64,000 bases of DNA from Eledone cirrhosa (lineage: Eukaryota): NCBI GenBank assembly GCA_964016885.1, contig OZ024741.1:292020001-292084000 (forward strand). The letters run 5' to 3'. This document shows, one piece after another, positions 54,941 to 64,000 of this stretch (position 1 is its first letter; each line of letters starts with the position of its first letter). The notes beneath the pieces were generated by a model. It saw only the letters and a list, made by a program, of their open reading frames with translations, ran no database searches and was not told the origin of the DNA. The position numbers and the translations under genes were made by a program.

Positions 54941-56712
54941 GGAAAGAAGCCGATTTTCCAGGTCGGTTCAAGGGAATTCTGTTTTTATTGGTCTTTACAA
55001 TGCAACTCCTTCCACTGACAGAAGGAAGGATTTGAACTAAATGTGCTTAATGTCAAATAACAAGAGATTTGAGAATCTGGGATTGTTGTTTATGAAATCA
55101 TTCAACAACAACAATGGTAATGATGGCAACGGCAACAACAACAACAACAACAACAAGAATGGTTACGATGACAGCGTCAACAACAACAAAGGCGGATGAT
55201 GTCAATGACAACAAAAACAACAACAACAACAACAACAACAATGATGATAACAACACAAAGAACAACAATGGCGACGATGACAACGGCAACAACAACATCA
55301 ACAAAAACAACAACAACAACAACAACAATGATGATAACAACACAAAGAACAACAATGGCGACGATGACAACGGCAACAACAACATCAACAAAAACAACAA
55401 CAACAATGGCGACGATGACAAGACAACAACAACAGTGACGACGACAACGACAACAACAACAAAAAACAACTACAAGGACGACGACAACAACAACAACAAC
55501 AACAACAGCAACAACGAAAAGAAAAAACTTGCAAAGACGAAGATATGAAGAATTTGAATGTCTTTCTATGGGTTGTAGTTGTGTGATGAGGTATGGCGGA
55601 GTGGTGTAGTGGTGTAGTGTGATGGGGTGGTCGTTGTGGGGTGGCGAGATAATGGATATTATTTTGACAGTCTTTGATTATAATTATTAAAAATAAACTC
55701 ACACAACTACATACATACATACATAAATATATATATACATACACACACACATACAAATCCACATACTTATATACACACACATACAAATCCACATGCATAT
55801 ATATATATACACACACATACATAGAGACATATATATACACATATACAAACAGACACATATAAATCAACATAAACATACACACACACCCATACACAGCCAC
55901 ATACATACATACAAACAGACATACACAAATCTACATACACATATATACACACATACACAGCCACATACATACACACATACAAACAGACACGAACAAATCC
56001 ATATACACACACACATGCACACAAACACATGCGCACACACAATACAAACAGAAACACAAACGCACACATACAGACACACATAAAAACAGACACACACACA
56101 CATACACACAAACGCAAACATATTGAGGGACACATACAAGCACACAGACACACACATACACACAAACAGACACACAAACACACACACAAACACAAACATA
56201 CACATACACACAAACACACACATACACACAAACCCACACAAACACACACAATCACACACAATCACACACACACATACACACATTCACACAAACTCACAAA
56301 CACATACACACACACATATATATACACACACAAACGCACATACACACAAACACACACAAACGCACATACACACAAACACACACACAAACGCACAAACTCA
56401 CAAACTCACACAAACACACACACACACACTCACAGAGAGAGACACACCCAACCACACACAATCACACATACATATACACAAACACACAGACACGCACAAA
56501 CACAACCACACATACTAACACAACCACACGTGACCTTTAAGTCATAAACTTGTGACTTCTGTTTGAAAGAATTCTTTGGTGATTCCAACTGAAATTTGTC
56601 TTTTAATTAGACTTGTAATATTGGCCTTGTGTGGTCAGTTGAAGAGGTGGCAGTAAGAGTAAAGTTAGTAGTAGTAGCAGTGATGATGGTGGTGGTAATG
56701 GTGGTGGTAGTG

Positions 56713-56753
<41 letters not shown>

Positions 56754-56804
56754 TGTGGTGGTAGTAGAAGTGGTAGTAGTAGTAGTAGTACTGATGGTGG
56801 TGGC

Positions 56805-56847
<43 letters not shown>

Positions 56848-57197
56848 ATGGTGGTAGTGGTGGTAGTAGTAGTTGTGGCGGTGTTGGTAGTGGTAGTAGT
56901 AGTAGTAGTAGTAGTAGTAGAAGTAGTAGTAGTAGTAGTGGTGGTGATGGGTCGATAAAATAAAGCACTGAGGTCCATTTATTCGTCTTTCTCTTCCCCC
57001 AAGATTGCTAGCCTTGTGCCTATATAAGAAACCATTATCAGTAGTAGTAGTAGTAGTAGTAGTAGCAGTAGCAGCAGCACTAGCAGTATCAGTAGTAATA
57101 ACAGTAATAGTTGTGGCAGCATCAACAGCAGTAACAGTAATAGTAGTAGTAGAAGTAGTACTAGAAGCAGTAGTAGTAGCAGCAGCAGCTATAATAC

Positions 57198-57630
57198 TGA
57201 TTTCTACTATAGGCACAAGGCCAGCAATTTTGAGGGAGGGGAAAGTCGATTAAATCGAATCGACCCCAGTACTTTACAGGTACTTTATTTTATCGAACTT
57301 GTAAGGATGAAAGGCAAAGCTAACCTCGACGGGATTTGAACTCAGAACGTAAAGGGATGTAACTCTATGTTGCAAACCAGGATTTTCGATGCTCTACCGA
57401 TACTGCCAATCCACCACCCTAACAGCAGCTATAATAATGAGGAAGATAATAATTATTTCTGCTTTTGGCACGAGGCCATGAATTATCTCAGTGTATTACT
57501 GGTACTTTATTTTATCAACCCCGTAAGGATGAAAGGTAAAGTTAACCTCGGCGGGATTTGAACTCAGATAATAAAGGGCCGTAACTCTATGCTGCAAAGC
57601 ATGGCGTCCGACTCTCTAACAATACTGCCA
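57198..57630 (-). mobile_element. Two tandem SINE family 1 copies
   Basis: 57198-57420 (long form, flanked by a CAGCAGCTATAAT duplication) and 57450-57630. Confidence 0.85.
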
Positions 57631-58000
57631 GATAATTATGAAGTCGAGATAAACATTTCTTTATTGCATAGCAGAGAAATGTAGGCAGAGTGGCAGAGAG
57701 AGAGAGAGAGAGAAATAGAGAGAGATCTAGCACAGACACAGAGAGAGGGAGGGAGGGAGGGAGATCTAGCACAGACACAGAGAGAGAGAACAATAATCAA
57801 TCATTTCAACAATTTCTCCAACTCCTAAAACAATATCGATACGATTCAAACAAGCTTTGACATCATTCATTCACCACTTCCTAACTGTTACACAAACTCC
57901 ATGACTTAAAGAAGGAACCTGTACGTTAGCAGCGGTGGCAGTGGGGCTCCAACTCTGCTGCACCACGAGGTCTAATTATTAGGGGTGCAGCTAAAGAGCA

Positions 58001-58530
58001 TCTTCTTCTTCTTCTTCTTCGTCTTCTTCTTCTTCTTCTTCTTCTTCTTCTTCTTCTTCTTCTTCTTCTTCTTCTTCTTCTTCTTCTTCTTCTTCTTCTT
58101 CTTCTCCCACTTATTTCTATGAGAGTTGGGGTCATACTTCCTCAAACATTCCTTCCAGCGGGTCCTGCCAGAACCAGCCGTTTCTAACTGATCCGGCTGG
58201 ATCCTAAAGCAAGGTCAGACGAGCTCATGGATGTTGTTATCCAACCATCTTCTTCTTCTTCTTCTTCTTCTTCTTCTTCTTCTTCTTCTTCTTCTTCTTC
58301 TTCTTCTTCTTCTTCTTCTTCTTCTTCTTCTTCTTCTTCTTCTTCTTCTTCTTCTTCCTTAGTGGGTCGTGGGGGCAGAGTCCACAAACATTCTCTCCAA
58401 CGGGTATTGTCATAAACAACCGTCCCCGATCGATGCTGCTGGATCCCCAATCGAGACGAACCGAGCCCATGGATCTTATCTAACTATCTTGCTTGGGGTC
58501 TACCTCCTGGGTGTCCTGCCGATTGACTTT
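58001..58530 (-). mobile_element. Two tandem LINE 3' ends, each with a (GAA)n tail
   Basis: Minus strand: GGRP....LDKIH...LGI...NTRWRECLWTLPPRP, then (GAA)n, then a second diverged copy and another (GAA)n. Confidence 0.7.
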
Positions 58531-58614
58531 CACTATAAAATCTGTCCAGCGATATTTTTATTTCGAAATATAAATATACAAATTGAAATTCGTAATAAAG
58601 TTCGTAAATAGCTG

Positions 58615-58765
58615 AGAATGTGGCGAATTAGAGCCATGAGACCATCGGATAGAATGTTATGCAGTATTTCGGCTCTCTGCTCTCTCAGTTCAAATCCCAC
58701 CGAAGTCAACTTTGCCTTTCATCCATTCGAGGTCGATGAAAAAGTACCAGTCCAGTACGGGGATC
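58615..58765 (+). mobile_element. Diverged SINE family 1
   Basis: GTTCAAATCCC B box and GCCTTTCATCCATTCGAGGTCGATGAAAAAGTACCAG. Confidence 0.75.
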
Positions 58766-59101
58766 GATTCTTCCCCTGTGTCTCTTTCTCTCTATCCTTC
58801 TCATGAAGAAATCTGCTGTGTTCACACCTAGAGAAGTGATGGGTGTCTGCCAGGTTTTAAAATACCCCAGAAACGCCGTATGTCAATTTGGTGCCCGTAC
58901 GAATCCTCAGGAGTTATGGAACCGTGTATACATATAACAGACCACCTTAATTCTGTCTATTGGAAATATGCGGCGGCATACCGTGGAATTGTATCACGAA
59001 CCACATTCCCGTCAATGAGATTTGAGTGAGCCTTGGCATCTATTTCTAGCAGGACTAGTGACTTCAAAGACGGTAGCTCATTCACTTACATGGTGATATT
59101 G

Positions 59102-59142
<41 letters not shown>

Positions 59143-60374
59143 TGTTTGTATGTGTATGTGTGTGTGCACGTATATGTGTATATGCCTGTATTTGTGTATG
59201 TGGAGGAGTGAATGTGTGTGTGTATGTGTGTGTACGTGGGTGGGGATCTATGAATATACATACGAGTGTATGTGTGTATATAAGGGATTGTATGTGTGTT
59301 TATGTGAATGTACATGTGTGCGTGTGTATATGTATGTATGTGTGTTTATGTGAATGCACATGTGTATGTGAATGTGCATGTGTGCGTGTGTATATGTATG
59401 TATGTGTGTTTATGTGAATGTGTATGTGTGCGTGTGTATATGTTTGTATGTATGTTTATGTGAATGCACATGTTTATGTGAATGTGTATGTGTGCTTGTG
59501 TATATGTATGTATGTGTGTTTATGTGAATGCACATGTTTATGTGAATGTGCATGTGTGCGTGTGTATATGTATGTATAAGTGTGTGTGTGTGTGTATATT
59601 AATATATATGTGTGTATGTACGTATCTATATATAAATGTGTGTGTGTGTGAATATGTGTTCCTGAGTGTGTGTGAGACTATGTGTTCCTGAGTGTGTGTG
59701 TGTGTGTGTATATATATATATCTAAGTGTGTGCGTGTGTGTATGTATATATGTATATATAAGTGTGTGTATATGAATATATGTGTGTATGCATGTATAAG
59801 TATGTGTGTATGTATGTATGTATGTATGTTCTTCTGGTTTTATAATTTCACAAAGTTTTACCAATAGAGAGAAAGGGTCGGTTTCTAACATTAACACAAG
59901 ACTCTCTCATCGGAATTTACACAACATCAACTAGGTAGATATGTATGCATGCATGTGTAGATATGGATGTTATTGTATGTGTGGATGTGGATGTTTTGAG
60001 TTGTATGTGTGCATGTGTATATGCTTTGTATCTGTACATCTGTATATGCAGTTATTAGATGCAAATGTATGTATGTATGTAGGTATGTATGTATAAGTGT
60101 ATATGTGTGTTTGATGCGGTACAGCATTCCTGAATGTCCAGCACTACATTAATTAAAACTGCCAATAATACTTCATTAAAGATATCACTGACAATACTTC
60201 TGTTTGGTTAACCATTGCTCCAGCAAGGCCATTGCCGTCTGTCATGTCTGCAGTAATATTTTTAAATCTAATTGAGCTTAAACAGGAGTATACATTCATA
60301 TATATATATATATATATGTGTGTATGTGTCCGTCTGTCTGTAGGTCAGTTTTGTGGGCGTGATTATATACATAT

Positions 60375-60501
<127 letters not shown>

Positions 60502-60553
60502 CATATATATATACATTTACATATACTTCTATATATATATTCATATACATATA

Positions 60554-60588
<35 letters not shown>

Positions 60589-60656
60589 TTATATACATAT
60601 ATATACATGTAGATATATATATATATATACATACACTCATATTTATATATATACAT

Positions 60657-60705
<49 letters not shown>

Positions 60706-60913
60706 CATACATATGTATATATATATATATACATACACACACACATAATATATATATACATACATTTTTTTCTCTTCTCCAATAATTGTTTGGTTAAGAA
60801 TGGTTCCAGCTCCAAGTTAATTTGTAGACAAAATATCTTCATAACCAGCCAATCATTTAATTTGTGAGACGCCAGAAAACTGTTTATCAATTAAGACCAC
60901 CACCACCACCACC

Positions 60914-60947
<34 letters not shown>

Positions 60948-61342
60948 ACATCACCATCATTATCATCCTCATTATTATTATTAAAACAAATAAAATCACA
61001 CCAACAAAATGTTAAAATCTTTGTGCTTGTCAGAAGGGCCAACGATAAACTGATGGCCCTCTGAGCACGAAGCGAGGACATTCAAACAGAGGGGGAGATT
61101 TTTGAAATGAGCACATTTTGTGTGCCAGAAGATTTGCTTCTGGTCCGAATGTCACTCAATTCCTTCAAAGAAATTCGAGAGAGCTTTCTTCAAGACGTGG
61201 GAACCCCGAATGTGAAACCCACATCGAGACTTTAAAAGAGGTTCCCAAAATAAACCCCACCAATCATGGAGGTCGAACCACCCGACCTTCACAAGACCCC
61301 GGGAGGTAAGTAAACCTTCCCTCTCTCTCTTAGCTTCCCAAC

Positions 61343-64000
61343 ATGGCGATATTAAGAGTAGGAAGTTTAAATGTTCGCGGCCTGGGGTCACCCTGGAAGC
61401 AGGGTCGCCTGCTGAACGGCCTCAGATCGCTGGAAATGGATGTGATTGCCGTCAGCGAGACCAGAATTTCCGACACGCAGCACTAGTCCCCATTTTCGAC
61501 GACTATCAGATCTTCGCATCTGTTAGCAGGCCGGGAATGGGGGGTGGGGTGGCAGTGTTGTTTAGGAAAGGACTGGATCTCGAGGTAAGGTCGATCTTCC
61601 GGGACCCGGACGGTAAGTTGCTGGTCTTGGATGTGAGCAGTAGCGAGGTGGTGCCTTTAGACTGCTGCCATCTACGCCCCTACAGGGACCGGAGGACCGG
61701 ACTTCTTTAGGCGCCTGGAGACCTTTCTGGGTACATCTCGCCCTTTACTGTTAGCGGGGGATTGGAATGGCATCTTAGACGCACGCTGGGATTGTGTGGG
61801 AGTAGCCGATAGGAGCGGGGGGTGCAAAAGCCTCAAGCACCTACTCAGCCAGTTCCAACTGTCTGACAGGTATCGACTAGATTTCCCCAATGTGCCAGTA
61901 TGGACATGGACCAACCGAATGGGGTCATCTAGATCGTATATAGACAGGATCTTCATTAGGAAGATAGATAGAAATAGTGTGGGCTGCCCACTTTTTAAAA
62001 CGGTCGCCTATTCAGATCACAAATTTGTGATCTGTACGGTCGACCTAGATAAAACACGTAGGTTAGAACCGGGTTACTGGAAGCTGAACATGTCATTTCC
62101 GGCACGTAAGGCTTACAGGAACCGAGTCAACAATTTAGTTAAGCAAAGGTTGACAGGGGAGATCATCAACAACAGATGGTGAGGGGCTCTCAAAAGAGAG
62201 ATTAGAGTAACTTCGATAGAGTTCAGCAAAGAACTAGCGTCAGAGAAAAATAGAAAGGAGGGGGAGCTGGTAGATAAGTTAGACGAGGCTATTTGTAGTG
62301 GCATTGCAACTGACGTGCTAGCGGCGAGAATGGCATTAGGCCATTTCTTCAATGCGAAACACGAAGGTTGCATTGTCAGAGCTAAGGCGCGTGCGCTGAG
62401 AAACGAGGGAACCAAAGCTGTTCGATGGGCCCGCGTGGCGGAGGCGCAGCGTGGTAATAAAGCCACAATTCGGTCTTTGGCGAACCGAGACGGACACGAG
62501 ATAAAGATTCCAAGCGGATGTGTGAGGCCTTTCGCCAGCACTTTGCTCGGTTGTTCGGGGAGAGTGGCGAGTCAGAGAGAGTAGCGGATTTCAGTCCCTA
62601 CCTTGATGGCTTTCCGCGCATCTCGACGGTCGACGCTGAGCGCTGCTAGAGGCCGATTGCTTCAGCCAAAATTCATGACACCCTTGTCGGCTGCATGAGG
62701 CGCAAGTCACCCGGTTTGGATGGCCTGCCCTACGAGCTTTACGTAAATATGCCAGACTTGTTCTCCAATCTCCTCGAAGCACTCTACTGCAACTGTCAGC
62801 AGAATAGGAGTATTCCCAGTTCTGTGAGCAGGGGAGTGGTGACGCTGATAAGGAAAGACGAGAACAAGAGGGATACATTAGACAACTTCAAGCCCATAAC
62901 TCTGCTCAACACAGAGTTTAAGATTTTGGCCAAGGTGTTAGCAAAGAGATTGGCGCTTGTCGTCGAGGATTTGGTTGGGGAGGCGCAAACTTGCGCAATC
63001 CCAGCCAGGTCCATACACGACAATCTCTACCTCATGCGATACATCATAGAGAGAGAAGGGTGTAAACCTGGCTTCGGTGGGACACTGATCAATTTAGATC
63101 AATCGAAAGCATTCGATAGGGTCGACCATCGGTATCTGGAGTTTGTCCTCAAAGCAGGTGGCTTCGGCCCTGTCTTCAGAAGCTGGATCGCTGCAATGCA
63201 CAGCGGCACGCGCTCGGTGGTCAAGGTTAATTGTCACCTCTCGGAACCATTTCGGCTCTCCCGATCGGTCCGTCAAGAGTACCCTCTCTCTTCCCTTCTG
63301 TACGTATTGACTCTCGAGCCTTTACTGCGGAAGCTGGAGCTGTTGCAGGGCATCCCGCTCGAACCGGGACGTGGAAGGGCGGTGTCAGCTTATGCGGACG
63401 ACATCACCGTGATGGTGTCGAACACCTCAGAAATCGAGGTGGTCGGCACCTTATTGAAGGAATATGAAAGGTTGACAGGAGCCAAACTTAATCCGGAAAA
63501 GTCGGTGGGCTTGCAGCTTGGAACCTGGAGAGGCAAGCGCATGCCGTCCAACAGCGTAGTGAGGCGCTGGACGGACGGACCGTAAAAGTTGCTCGGGGTT
63601 TGGTTCGGACCAGACTTACAGGTGGAAAATAATTGGGACGAGGTAACGAGCAGAGTAGCCAGTCTCACCCAATAATGGGCTGGGAGGAAGCTATCACTGA
63701 AAGGTCGCGCGGAGGTGGCGAATGCGTACATCGCGTCCGTCATCTACTACCGCCTGACCGTCGTGCCTTGCCCCCGTCCACGCCTCGTCAAGATGGAACG
63801 GCTCCTCTTCAAATTCTTGTGGTGGGGACAAGTTCCGTTGGTGAGGCGGTCCATCTGCTGCCAGCACCCTCTACGCGGAGGGCTAGGCATACCGTGGCTA
63901 ATGATGGGCAGACATGCGTTGAGGCTGCGACATCTTCAGATATTCTGCCTCAACGGTGAACAGGTGTGGTCGCCGTTTATCAGACGGGCCTTTCCGCAGC
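61343..64000 (+). pseudogene. L1/Tx1-like LINE ORF2 (APE endonuclease plus reverse transcriptase), frameshifted, runs off the window
   Basis: MAILRVGSLNVRGL...SETR, GDWN, SYIDRIF and SDH (APE). KSPGLDG, FKPITLLN, LDQSKAFDRVDH, RQ..PLS and YADD at 63391 (RT). In-frame stops and frameshifts split the ORF. Confidence 0.92.

Noticed and set aside
62695-63585. 296-aa RT ORF as an intact functional gene
   Set aside because: It is one frameshift-bounded piece of a disrupted LINE ORF2.

Overview
Repeat-saturated, AT-rich animal genomic DNA. The SINE families and the extreme density of (TA)n, (CA)n, (TATG)n and triplet microsatellites suggest a cephalopod such as Octopus (inference). I found no convincing host protein-coding exon, and nearly all ORFs in the track are microsatellite translations. 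The window holds: about 35 full or partial copies of one tRNA-derived SINE plus other SINE families; two L1/Tx1-like LINE copies and an extra 3' fragment; RTE-clade LINE fragments and an RTE-derived ~580-bp non-autonomous element; an internally deleted mariner with ~100-bp inverted ends; hAT- and piggyBac-type MITEs; and a Penelope-like RT fragment. The most interesting signal is non-coding: a set of type I hammerhead ribozyme (HHR) motifs. Four lie within 15961-19258, one of them in a young element made of a 529-bp unit plus a 114-bp terminal redundancy (retrozyme/Penelope-like). Five long fold-back palindromes (30466, 47164, 47961, 50955, 51273) turn around at or next to a hammerhead core. 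All folds were read by eye and need covariance-model and cleavage tests.
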